Assembly: GCA_002104905.1 (NCBI GenBank)
Contig: MCFE01000209.1
Location: forward strand, 1 to 64,000
DNA length: 64,000 nt
Reading direction: 5' to 3'
Origin: Basidiobolus meristosporus CBS 931.73
Lineage: Eukaryota; Fungi; Basidiobolomycota
In this document: positions 26,101 to 38,149 of the stretch, piece by piece
Layout of the letters: every line of letters starts with the position of its first letter
How positions within the stretch are numbered: position 1 is the first letter of the stretch
The notes under the pieces: model-generated
The model's input: only the letters and a program-made list of their open reading frames with translations
What the model was told of the DNA's origin: nothing
The model's database searches: none
Translations under genes and position numbers: made by a program

Positions 26101-29100
26101 CCTCCATGCCTATAGACTATCCAATTGTGATGGAGATGAGTTCAGAAGGCACGGATCACACGATTGTTCTGACGTATGACGCACATACCGTAACTGAGTT
26201 CGAGGCATCCTGGATTGTGAAGCACTTCGTGGAGGCACTCAACGTGATTCTCTCCAATAACCACGCCGCTGTCGAAGATATGAAGATTACAACGGCAGCC
26301 GAATTAGAACTGATAGAAAGTTGGAGTACCAATGGTGACACTCTATTCCGCTCTGGGTGCATCCATGAGTTGATTGAGCAGCGAGCATTGCTTCACCCAG
26401 AGCAGGTTGCAATTCAGCTCGAGGACACCGAATATGTTACTTATGGCGACCTTAATAGTAGAGCCAATCAGCTAGCTCACCATTTGATCAAACTCGGTGT
26501 CCGTCCTGACTCGATAGTACCACTTTGTCTTGAAAAATCAGTTGCTATGGTGGTGGCAATGCTTGCAGTTCTTAAAGCCGGTGGAGCCTATGTTCCACTT
26601 GATCCCAACAATCCTGCGAAGCGAAATGGATTCATTCTAAAGGAGACAAACGCAAAAGTTGTTTTGACACTAGAAACATACAAACATAACTTTGGTGATC
26701 GAGCCCTTGTACTGCTAGATTCCGATGATTTATCTCTGGAGCAGAGCAACCCCAACAACCCTCAAGTGATTGGCCTGGAGAGCTCTAGTCTATGCTATGT
26801 GATCTATACTTCGGGTTCAACAGGCATGCCCAAGGGAGTAATGATGGAACACCGAGGTGCTTTGAATTTCATTGAAGGATTCCAGAACGTATGGGGCATT
26901 GGCGTATCGGATTCTGTCTTGCAATTTGCCAATTACACCTTTGATGCATCCGTGATTGAGATATTCTGCACATTGGCTGCGGGTGCCTGTGTTGCAATTG
27001 CATCGAGCGAGAATCTTCTGTCTAATATTGAGTGGTGCATCAACACCATGAATGTAACCTCGCTGATGCTTACCCCAACTGTGGCTACCTTAATTGACCC
27101 AACCAAAGTGCCTTCCGTGAAGCGACTAGCGTTGGGCGGTGAGATGATGACAACGGCAGTCCGCGACTTATGGGCACCTTATGCCAAGCTGTATAATGCT
27201 TATGGGCCCACTGAGGCTGCGGTGGCTATTCTAGCCAACTGCAACATTACCGAGGACACACTTTGTAGCAATATCGGCAAACCAATTGGAAGCTGCAAGA
27301 TCGTGATCTTGGGTGCTGATCTACAGCCTGTGCCACTGGGCGTGGCTGGCGAACTGTGTGTTTCTGGACCTCAGCTCGCTCGTGGTTATCTCAACCAACC
27401 TGAGCTTACCGGAAAAGCATTCGTGACTAGTTGCTATGTACCCGGAACCCGGGTCTATCGCACTGGAGATCTGGCGCTTTTCAACGAGGATGGGACAGTC
27501 AAGATTGTTGGTAGAATGGACAATCAGATCAAGATCAACGGCTTGAGAATCGAACTGGATGAGATCGAGCATGCCCTTCACGATCACTCGAAAGTGGCAA
27601 GAGCATGCGTTCTGGCATTAACCACTGATCCAAACGCCAACCGTAAGTCGCTAGTGGCATTCTTGACATTTTACGATATGGAGGGCGCAACTTCCACCCC
27701 GGAGTTGCTGAAGGGCTCACAAGCTGCATCGGCCACTGTGTATGTAGAGGAACTAAAATCGGCTGTGGGTCAGCGGTTATCGTCATATATGGTTCCAAAT
27801 ATCTGGATATCGCTGAACACCATTCCAATCAACACCAGTGGAAAAGTAGATCGTCGCAAACTAGCTGATTTCTACGCATCTTTCAGTAGCGATGACATCT
27901 CCCAGATAATCAGGGGAGGCAAGGAGTGTGGCAATGAGGTGGACACTCTATCGAACGGTAGTACTGGAGAAAAGTGGAATGATTTGGACGATGCATTGCA
28001 ACCTCAAAATTCAATGCAACTCTTTATACAGGAAGTCTGGTCCAAGGTGCTGAAAATCCCCAAAAATAGTATCGGTATCAACCACACTTTCCGCTCTCTG
28101 GGTGGGGATTCCATTCTGGCCATCCATGTTTCCTCCGAATGCCGTAAACACAACATACAGATTTCAGTACACAGTATGCTTAAAAACCACACCATCATCC
28201 AGCTTGCCGAGAGTGCCAAAATGAAAGCATGCGATCTAACAGTGAAGAACTCATTGAGTCAGGGTGAGGTTCATCTTTCTGCCAATCAACATATGTTCTT
28301 GGAATTCGAGCAGGAGAACTTCAACCACTTCAATCAGAGCTGGCTATTCAGGTTGCGGAACCCGACAAACAAGGCAAACCTTCAACTGGCAGTTCAATAC
28401 CTGATACTCAATCATGATATTCTTCGTGGTCGATTCACCCGCACTAAGAACGAATGGAAACTACGAGTACTGTCGCCAAAGGAGATGTCATTCGAAGTCC
28501 ACCATATGCAGGTCCAATCGAAAGAAGAGCTGAAGGCCTCCATCTACCTTCTTCAGCGTGGCCTGGACTTAATATCCGGACCTTTGTTCCAATTCGCCCT
28601 ATATGATCTACCGGACGGCCAACAGCTGATCTTCATGGCCGTCCATCACTTTATCATTGATCTTATGTCATGGGGCCCTGTCTGGGAAGAGCTTGAACTT
28701 CTGCTTCGAGGTGAAACTCCTGTTGGCCAGTCGATATCGTACATGCACTGGAACAAAGTACTCTACGATTATGCCCAGACTTTGGAAATGAGTTCATGGC
28801 CTAAGCAACCCCAAACGCCACCTATTATCACCGATCCCGAACTGCTGTCTAAAAACACCTTTGAATCCACAAGTTCAGTCTCTTTCAGACTAAATTCCTA
28901 CTTCACGAAATTAGCCGATAGCTACTGCGGAACATCTACAAAGGTAGAAGTGATCGATCTGCTAGTGGCTTCCCTGGCATATTCCTATTGCTGTACCTTT
29001 GAGAGAGACTCTCTTTCTGTTACCCTAGAAACCCATGGACGCCAGTACAGGGATGAGGATGTGGACATCTCGAGGACTGTAGGATGGTTCACCAATTTGT

Positions 29101-30341
29101 ATCCAATTGTCATTCAATTGGGTGAAACCCAACGTATGGAAGACGCCATTCGTCAAGCCATCCGACAACACCATGAAATCCGTGGAAACGAGGTAAACTA
29201 CGGTCTTTTGAGGTATATGAACAAAAAAACCGCTCCATTCTTCGAAAAGGAGCCACCCCAAGTCGCCTTGGGATATATGCCAAATACTGCGACCCATGGC
29301 AACTCTAGCTCCTGCTTGCTTCCCATTCCATCCGATTCCGAATATAGTTTCGATCTGGGTGGTATTCCTTCCACTTGGAAACGTCATCAAGTCTTTAATT
29401 GTACCGCTCATTATGTGGGAGACCAGCTTGAGGCCAGTATCACCTACAGCGAAGCACTCCACTCCAAGTTTGAGGTGCAGTCCTGGATCGGTCTATGGGA
29501 AACTGAATTGATAGATGCTATCAAGGCCGTTTCGCAAGAAATAACTTCGCCATATGAACATCCCCAGCAGTACATTTTGCCATCTGAAAGTGGAATTCCT
29601 TCTCCTCCCCCGGAAGATAAATCTTTTCGAGAGGACATCAAGGGAAATGAGGATGATTGCTTGACATTGATCTCGAAGAGCAGTGGCCCGACAATGTTTA
29701 TTGTACACTGTGCCACTGGTGTGGGCAGCTATTTTGAGCTTCTGGGACAATATATGAATTGCACCCTATATTCCATCAGTGACCCCACTCTTGGAACCAA
29801 TGAATCATTTGATTCTGTTGAGATGATTGCTGCCAGATATCTGAAGGCGATTATTCGGGTGCAACCAGAAGGGCCCTACTACCTGCACGGATACTCCTTT
29901 GGCGGCTTGGTCGCCTTCGAGATTGTGCGTCAGCTTGAGTGGCAGGGGAAAGAGATCGCGAGATTGACCATTATTGACACGCTGGCACCGCAAGCTGGGC
30001 GGCAGGTATGGGCATCCCCTACTCAGGATTCTGCCCGCGACTACTTGGCGATGATCTCTGCTTCAGGTGAATGGGCATTGGACGAAGCAGCCTCCCAAAT
30101 GATGTTGGAGAAAATAGTGGAGAACACCCAACTGATGAGAAATTACGAACCTTCGGTCAAGCTGGCCACGGATATCGTGTTGGTGAAAGGGCTGGGTGCC
30201 AAGGATAGATTGGGCGAGCAGCAATTATGCTACGGCTGGTCGGAATACTCGAACAACGTGGTGGTTCACAGTGTAAAGGCTGAGCATCACGAGCTAATGT
30301 TTGAACCGCACGTGGCCACGATTGCCCAGTATCTCCAATAG
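5179..30341 (+). CDS. Six-module nonribosomal peptide synthetase, ~8,318 aa, C*-A-T-E / C-A-T / C-A-T-E / C-A-T-E / C-A-T / C-A-T-E-TE
   Basis: Exons 5179-5637, 5700-18113, 18180-22775 and 22854-30341 join in frame across three GT-AG introns (24,957 nt). Six A domains (TSGSTGxPKG, FDxS, YGPTE, Y(R/K)(T/S)GD, A10 Lys), six T domains (GGDS), four E domains (HHxxxDLxSW, E(G/T)HGR, RT(I/V)GWFT), five full C domains (HHAxxDG/DA) and a terminal thioesterase (GYSFGG, Asp in IIDT, His in EHH). Approximate spans: A1 5955-7470, E1 7795-9100, A2 10520-12030, A3 13785-15290, E3 15630-16900, A4 18425-19930, E4 20270-21540, A5 23100-24600, A6 26360-27870, E6 28265-29540, TE 29680-30338. The exact 5' start is uncertain. 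Confidence 0.95.
5638..5699 (+). other. NRPS intron 1 (62 nt, phase 0)
   Basis: AAG|GTAATT donor, GCTAAT/ACTGAC branch candidates and AAG| acceptor. Joins ORF 5179 (FNFK) to the main ORF frame (QFAICLEVY). Confidence 0.8.
13844..17114 (+). repeat. Intragenic direct repeat, copy 1 (A3-T3-E3 plus start of C4)
   Basis: 3,271 bp, near-identical to 18482-21752 at a constant 4,638-bp offset. About 20 scattered substitutions seen by eye, plus one 30-bp divergent island. Confidence 0.97.
18114..18179 (+). other. NRPS intron 2 (66 nt, phase 0)
   Basis: GAG|GTAAAT donor, CACTAAC branch point and TGTAG| acceptor. Restores KEATE|YPLTLNVY in C domain 4. Confidence 0.93.
18482..21752 (+). repeat. Intragenic direct repeat, copy 2 (A4-T4-E4 plus start of C5)
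   Basis: Partner of 13844-17114. Identity starts at ATTCGAGAGCTCTGAA and ends at GAGATTACTGGT. Confidence 0.97.
22776..22853 (+). other. NRPS intron 3 (78 nt, phase 0)
   Basis: GAG|GTTGGT donor, AACTAAC branch point and TTTACAG| acceptor. Restores NERTE|YSLVLNIG in C domain 5. Confidence 0.93.
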
Positions 30342-32342
30342 GAGTTGTCCACTCGTATATTTCCCGATACTTTCATGTTATCTCAATCGGCATAAATAAA
30401 AGGAATTCTTAACAATAGATCATGAAAAACCCCCATTCGCTTTCACTAGTGGTGCCTGTTCCGGAGTCACCACATAATTGGACTCGGCGACATTGATGCT
30501 ACCTGGCCAAGATGGTCAGTATTGCGTTCTCGATGAGTTTCGGTGAGTTACAATACTGGAATAGGGGTCAAGACCACGGTTTTCTTTCACCCTAGCAAGT
30601 GTATTAGCTGCTGAGCCTCTAGTACTTACACCCCACTACCAATGCTCTATGTCACAGCGTGGTAATTGCAGCCAGTTTAGAAGCGATTGGTGAAGTATCC
30701 CTGAATTGTGTACCATAATGACAACTATAGCATTTTTAGAAAATTCCTGCTTATCGCATTAAATTTAACACCTGATGTTTTCATGAATCTGGCTAATGAG
30801 CATGTTGGTCTTACCTGTACAACTTGATCGGCCATTTCATCCCCACGTGATTAACTCTGTGCAATCAAATTATATCCAATCACCCGACAATGGTGATAAG
30901 CAGCAATTCAATGGAACCATTCAAGTATGATAGGTCTCTGGTTTGCTAATTGGAAGAATATTGAGCGTGGATTTGGAGATAGAATATGTGCTCTTTACCA
31001 ACTCAATAAACCAACGAGAATCATATAAATCTTCTAGTTCACCAAATTATTTCCAATCCAAAGAATAGGGTCCTGCTGTCGATGAGACCAAGTTCAGCCA
31101 GAGTTTCGTATCACAGGGCCGATGTCCACAGTACATTGAACAGCAACGTCTCCCGCATCAACCTTTCTGACAATTCAATGTCATGCGACTGCATGGTAAA
31201 GCCCAAGGGTGACATCCGCTCCTGTGAAACGTGGTGAAGGAGAACCATGGTGGTTGAAAGCGGGAAGCACGCAATCGAATAGTGATGACGGCAAGATTAT
31301 CGGATTGAGAAAAGGGCATCAACCGGCTTTGGTTCAGCACTTTTCAGAAGATGCGAAAGGGATTTATCGCGGACAGCCCATGCGGCAGCCATTTCATGAA
31401 GAAAGCCACCTGATTGTAGGTATTGGGCACATTCGATGGCTGATATGGTGCTACATACGATCATGAAGGAGCAAAGTTGTCTTTTTGTTGGCGCATAATG
31501 AGGGTGCACTCCTCTATCTTGATACTCGCCCTAGCAATCACTCTGGTCTGTTCATTTTCATGCAGCGATCACTCACATGCATGTAACGATCGCTCTAACG
31601 ATGCTTTGCCACAAGTAGGTATTAGTAGTCAACTCCTAAGAGTAGGAGCAATGCATCGCGTACACATGCGATTTGATACCGATTCATTAATAAGATGGTT
31701 ACATCAAAATCTTATTCGTGAGACTGCACTAAATGCCGTAGAATAACTTAAAGGGCACTGGGTTAGCTGTGGCATAGACTAAAGGGTACTATGTATTAAA
31801 ATGAATCGGCTTTAGCTCAATGCTAGTGATATGCATCTTATCAAATAAGTTTGTACAATGGAGAGACCTAATAAGGAACAAGAGTAAAAGCCGAGTGAAG
31901 GATATGGCAGATACTGAATAAGTACTAGAGGATGCTGAAAATAAAAACAAGTGCATCAGATATTTACGTGCTCACCACACTGGCCAAGAGGAGTGGTATC
32001 AAGTTTTCCCGTTACCCCAAATCGATACCTTACACTTGGCCTGAAGCCTAGAACCACCCTAGTGGATATGCGTCATGTGGATTCGCAACGCATCACTGCC
32101 GTCTCGCATGTATATTCATTGATGATGCACACATCAGTGAGGTAAGGGATCGACACAGCTGTGAAGATCCGAAAACTACTTGCTTGTAGACACTGAACAC
32201 AACAAGACATAAATGTCAGCCAAATCCCCATCATGTCTGTATATTCTCCCAATTGTGCAGTAGCAACTCCACCAACTGACCTTCTAGTCGGTCGGCCTTC
32301 TTGAATTTTTCCAATTGTCAATCCACCACGAAACTGCCAAGG

Positions 32343-34151
32343 ATGGCCGAAACTACTGCTCCCACAATCTCAGTCAAGGGCAACGCTTCTGAAACCAATG
32401 TAGAACCCCCGGCAACCCCTTGGTACCAGAGGTTAAGCCACACAAGAGGTCTACTCCTCTTCCTGATCTGTTTGGCGCCGATGTTGGATATTATCAATGT
32501 TGCCTCCGTCACTATAGCTCTTCCCTCCATTCTTCGTGATGTCCATTACGAATCGAATCAATTGCAATGGTAGTGCGATGCAAAGAATTCATCATAGCGC
32601 TTGTATTTCTGACTCATTGGCTGTGTAGGGTTGTAAGCAGTTATGCATTGACATATTCTGCCTTTCTCTTAGTCGGTGGACGCATGGTAAGTCCTTGCAT
32701 AATGAGCAAGGAGTATACCTTATTCTGACTGCTATCATCGCATAGGGGGACCTATTTGGCCATCGTCGAATTTTTCTGATCGGCACGGGTTGGTTCTCAG
32801 CATGGTCCTTGGTATGCGGGTTCGCACGCAACCCCATCTTCATGTCTGTGGCAAGGGGCTTACAAGGCGCCGGGGCCGGTCTTACACTGTAAGTTTTGGT
32901 GATCTGGTACTTAAGCTATAGATGACTAACCACCAATATTGTTTGATCAGCCCCTCTTCATTAGCCCTCCTAACCACCTCGTATCCTCCTGGCCCCGAGC
33001 GCACACTAGCCCTCTCCATCTTTGGCGGGGCAAGCTGCATCGGACAGACAGTTGGAGTTCTCCTGGGAGGCATCTTTGACGCGACTATCGGGTGGTACTG
33101 GACCTTTTTCGCTACAGCCATCATCTCAACGGTCCTCTGCATTGCCGGCATCGTTGTGATCCCCAAAGTGAGCAACAGCCCCTCAGTGGTAGACCGCCGT
33201 GTCGACTACCTTGGTGTTGGTCTCTTCACGTTAGGCATCATCGCCATCATCTACTATCTCTCCGAGTCTATAACAGCAGGTTGGGGCTCGGTCAAGGTGC
33301 TGATCCCCTTCCTGGTTGGCCTTGCGTTCTTGATCGGATTTGTCTTTTGGGAAAGGCGTATTGAGTACCCGGTCATGCCTTTCCGTATTTGGCGCTCCCG
33401 CCGCTTCTTTTCCAGCGTTGTTGTCATGTTCTGCGTCTCGGCTGCGTACAACATCACGATCTTTTACACGTCTTTAACCTTTCAGAATGTGCTTCTCTAC
33501 TCGCCTTTGATCACTGCATGCTGTTACATCGTTCATGGCGTTGGACTGGTCATTGGGCTCTACACGCTTACCAGGCTGTTCTTGTTCATGAGGTCCAAGT
33601 TGATCACCTTGATCGGATGGTGCTTTATCATCACTTCATCCATCGTGTTTGCGCTTATCGTCCCTGGTTCGACCTATTGGCAATACGCATTCCCTGCTCT
33701 GATTGTCAACTGTATCGGACTTGCGCTTACTTGGATGTGTTGTCAAGTCAACGCAGTTGCTGACGCCAACGATGAGGACCAGGGTGTCGTAGGTGCTGTC
33801 TTTAATGTTTCAGTCCAGGTCGGGGGGCCTGTTGGGCTGTCCGTAGGAACGATAATATCCCATGTGTATGAAGGTGTTGGCAGTACGCCCGAGGCTCTAA
33901 TGAGCGGCTACAGGGCAGCATTATACACCATTGGTGTTTTTGGTGGGGTTGGCTTCTTGCTGACGGTGGTCTTGGCTTCAAACAACGACCCCAACGAATT
34001 CTCCGGCCTACCCCCCAAGATAGACGAGGATGTGGAGAAGAACGAGCCTGTCACCAACAGTAGCAACCTTTCCGTCTTGGGTGGTGAGCAGGCTGAGGTT
34101 GGCGAGGAGAAATTCATCAAGGCGCAGGAGATTGAAGCAAGGACTCATTGA
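32343..34151 (+). CDS. MFS drug:H+ antiporter, DHA2/EmrB-QacA-like, ~542 aa
   Basis: Exons 32343-32569, 32629-32686, 32746-32888 and 32951-34151 splice in frame (1,629 nt). Motifs include LDIINVASVTIALPSI, QWVVSSYALTYSAFLLVGGRMGDLFGHRR (motif A), RGLQGAGAG and DYLGVGL, with many hydrophobic segments. Lies 2 kb downstream of the NRPS on the same strand. Confidence 0.93.
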
Positions 34152-36889
34152 TATTAAGCTTGTTTGTAGTAGATTACTTTATTATTAAGCGAACCCCAGA
34201 TTAATACTTCCGAATAAATGCTGGAGAAGCTTCGATTTGAATAATGCATGCATTGTGCAGGACCTGCTGAGGATTGTATTCGGCATGAGAAATAAGGAGC
34301 CCACGGGGGTCAGGCCAACAAAAAACCAGCAAGTGTAAATATGTGCTATGCAAGGAAATGGAGGGATGCGTGCAGCGCTTGGGGCCTTGGCAATTCATGG
34401 CGTGTTTCCTCAATTCCAATGATCTGCTAAAGGATCCCCTCGGTCCATACTACTACCAATGCCATCGGAAATTCCGATCAGTATGAGTATTACGCATCAG
34501 CATTTTAATTGCATTCTAGCTCTCTGGCCGCTCGTGCAAGTCTGTTTGCAATGGTTCTCAACGGATGGATGAGTTGGCAATCTACTTCCCCGCTCCATTT
34601 CATGAGTGTTATCGAGCATATTATCTACCAAGTAAACGGCAATTATATCTCTTCTAAATGCATCAGCAACTGTTCATTTGTCATGACATGCCCTTATTGA
34701 GGTATCAAATCCATGTATCTTATTAAATCGATTGTATTCCCAGCGAGATCTGTATAGTAATTCTGGTTCTTGCTACTCACCTCAGAACTTCAATGAAAAG
34801 GTATATATGTAATCAACCAGTACTCTGGCTGTGTCTCCCAACAAAGTACAGCTCAGCTGGCTCTGTTGAATTAAAGGGAATATTTTGATCCCTAATTAGC
34901 CAGAGTGTTGCTTTTTCATCGGGTCAGTTGTAAGTTTGGCTGATAAAGAACTAGTCCTTGAACGTTTGCCTCAAGACACAATGTCAGCCATGTTGAAAGC
35001 GGCTACTTGTAATAGAGGAGCAACTTGCCGGCAGCAACGTCATCCAGTTCAATGCTACGAGATCAGTTTTATAGCCCTTGGACATTGCAGTTAGTTGGCA
35101 CAGCTTGCACTCAAATTGGACCACAGAGATTAATGTTGATGTCAAGTGTATCATTTTGGGTATGCCATTCGGCTTTTCAAGGGTGTCTAATAGCTAATAG
35201 ACTCTAGGGTGCTCTTACATTGTGAAGTAGTGTACCTGATGCTATTGTAGCTGATTAGCTGTATGGATTTCCACACGTATCTAGTGCGGCAATCATCAGT
35301 CGGCGGTGGAGTGACAGCCTTGCAACTGTAGTAACCAAAGCTTTATAGAATGACATGCCCCTTGGCATCGAAGCTACTTATATTATTACGGCCAGTTGTA
35401 GCCATCCAGCCATTGCAACCATCCATTGAAGCTCAATTGATGGCATTATGGAGGGAATCAATACTAGCATGTCATCTATCAGTGATTTTGATGGACAACT
35501 CTGATTAAACTTACTGCTTCTTGAATACGAGGATTTAGGGCCATATTTACGTAGGCAATATATGATATAATAAAAGGCGTAATATTTGCTAATCCTGGGT
35601 AAAGTATGAAGCCTAGCTACTGGCTTTCTGAGAAGTAAAGAGTATTATAAAGTTTATGGATGGATTTGAATTGGAATACCATGGCAAGACTCCATTGCCA
35701 AGCTATGAACATTGTCAGAAAGCTCAAACCCTAGTTTGAAGTTTCTGATAGGGGCCATCGAGGGGGTTGGTATGGGTTTATTCATTGGCTTCCCACAGCC
35801 ACGTGGTACAATTTCAAGGTTCAGAACTCTCAGAGGGCAATTTTTGTTATAGTTGTTACATAATTGGTAATGGAGCAAACAACACTCAGCAAAGCTACCG
35901 CGAATGGAAAGATAAAATGATCTCGATACATAGATGCACATTGTTAGAACAGAGCAGTTCTATTTCTACTCATTTACTGAATGAAGTTTACTTGAGTACT
36001 CTGCGTCTAATCAACTATATGTTAGCAAATTTAAAGCCTGTGAAGATTAGCATTAAGCTATTTTTGGACTAGGTTGAGTTTACCTCCATTAGAGTGCCTA
36101 CCGGTGTTTTGTATTGATTTTTTAGCAGTCTTCGAATAGAGCCTGATTCGATCCAATCAAGGACGATACTGATTCTACTTTTGGAATAACGTGTTTAGCT
36201 GCCCTTACTGAAAAGAATTCGGGATTCATCGAATGGTATATGAGGATTATGTAACTACTAGTGCGCGTAGCATTTTGGTGGCTCTTTGAGGTATCGGTCA
36301 GCAGTCCAAGCTGTATGAGTAAATGCACCAATTGTTGGTGCTTATGTTTGCTTTGATGCTTTGTTGATTGATAGAAAATGGTATGAAACCTCGATGGATG
36401 GAATTAGTCCCCTAAGCACACCCCGTTTCAATTTCCCTTCATCAGCATGGTTGGGTGGGATGTCGACACCCAACACCACCCATTCCGATTGACTACACCT
36501 GCTGGTAATTGTCTTTCCCTCATCAGGCATAGCTCACAGTAGACGCGGATGGAAAGTTTAGGTAGTGCTCCGATTGCATGATTTGGTAACAGCAGATTTG
36601 GCTGCTTCTCAGACACTACTAGCGGATATGACTTGTTACTGATAGATGCTAACGGCGAGAGCTGCTGGCCATCCGCTGGCCAAGAATTGTCTATAAATGT
36701 AAATAAAATTCATGTGGCTTGACTTGCCCGAAGTCTATGGGGCGCTGCGTCGAGTTCACAGCAGCCTTATTGCCAAGAACCATGGTATATCCGGGAGCAT
36801 ACTTTCATGAAGCGGAGCCTCGCTCATTTACTCCGTCAAGTGTTCGTTATAAATGGACGTGGGGAATGCAAGGTATAGCTGTATTCACA

Positions 36890-37751
36890 ATGCACTCAGT
36901 CGCCTTTACCTCGCTATTGCTTTTCGCGACCACCAACGCCTTCTCAGCCAGCAACATCTCCGACCATATATACGGGCCCATTCCCGGTGAAAGCTCTTCT
37001 TACAACACCTACGACGGCGTCACTGCACTTATCCTCAGAAGTACAACCGAGCCTATCCTTCCAACGAGCAATGGGTTACCCGGCCCTGATGACCTTGTTT
37101 TCCAGAATCTACTGAGTGTGGAATGGGCCATCTTTTCGTTCTGTCAACAAGGATTTGAAGCACTCACTGCTATCAACTTAACCGAATAGCCAAACACTAC
37201 CTATTCACGCATCCAATAAATCCGTGATAACGAGGCTGGTGACCTGCGCAACTTCCAGAATCAGATATCAAACAACCCAGTGAAGCCAGCACGCGTTTCT
37301 AGCACTGAGCACTGTAATATAGATATCGAGCATGACATTTCTGACCGGCCTCATCCAGCAAGCGCAGATAAATGTCGCCAATCAGTTCATTGTCCCCGGC
37401 TCCTATCCAAAAGAGAACCCGGCATATCTCGAGCCATCTCAGCATTTTCCTCAACTTCACAACACTACTGCCAGGCTAGTCCATCACTTTCTCTTATAGC
37501 GACGAAACTCATGTTCCTTCATATGACGAGGGGAAGCCATACTATGCCGTGTTCTTTCATGGGGTGCTGAGCATTACCATGCCTTTCGATACTAAAGCAA
37601 GCGCCTTAGTCATCGCGAAAGAGTTTGAAGAAAAGGGTGTACTTCCGGGATGATTGCTGATGAACCGGGTGCGCCAACAGAGGCGTCTGTGGTTGCCGGA
37701 CCCCTGATCATCTTGCTACAACCTGCCGGGCTTGGGGAATCCGGGATTTAA
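36890..37751 (+). pseudogene. Degraded secreted ferritin-like (Rds1/desiccation-related-type) gene
   Basis: Signal-peptide-like start MHSVAFTSLLLFA, then YGPIPGES, GPDDLVFQNLLSVEWAIFSF, IRDNEAG, YYAVFFHG and DEPGAPTEASVVAGP, which I recognise from fungal ferritin-like proteins. In-frame stops at 37187 and 37217. The middle part is missing or replaced. TATAAA lies ~40 bp upstream. Family assignment is from recall, not a search. Confidence 0.7.
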
Positions 37752-38149
37752 TGGATGCGACTTTGCCAATGAATGTATTGTCCAATAGGATGCCCATCTT
37801 GTATTTTAAGAGCAGTCTTATGGCCTGTGGTACTTGTATGCATCTGCGTCAGCCGCATTGACCTGAACGCTTTTCTATCCATCGCAGATATTTTACAGTT
37901 CAATATAATTTCAAGAATTTACCGTCTAACAGGGACAATCGATATCGTTGGAGGTTTAAGGAACATAAAGGTATTGGCCACCAATGCTGGTATCAATGCT
38001 CGAGTGCAGTATCATGAATATTCCCCAGCTTCTATACGAACAATATCCCCCAAGAGCAAGTCTTGAATGGTGATCAACTGCGTAGAACTGCTTGTGGTGG
38101 CTTTGATTTCGCGGCCTTCCTCTTTCCAATTAACATTTCGGCAATGCCC

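Noticed and set aside
5179-30341. Assigning the NRPS to a known siderophore or a named cyclic peptide
   Set aside because: Four E domains, a terminal TE and hydrophobic pockets do not fit ferrichrome-type synthetases (which end in T-C repeats), and no ornithine oxygenase is nearby. I cannot link it to a named compound without a database search.
34464-34478. Palindrome ATCGGAA-A-TTCCGAT (CGG-N5-CCG, Zn2Cys6-like site)
   Set aside because: Single occurrence downstream of the MFS gene, not repeated in the NRPS or MFS promoters, and compatible with chance.
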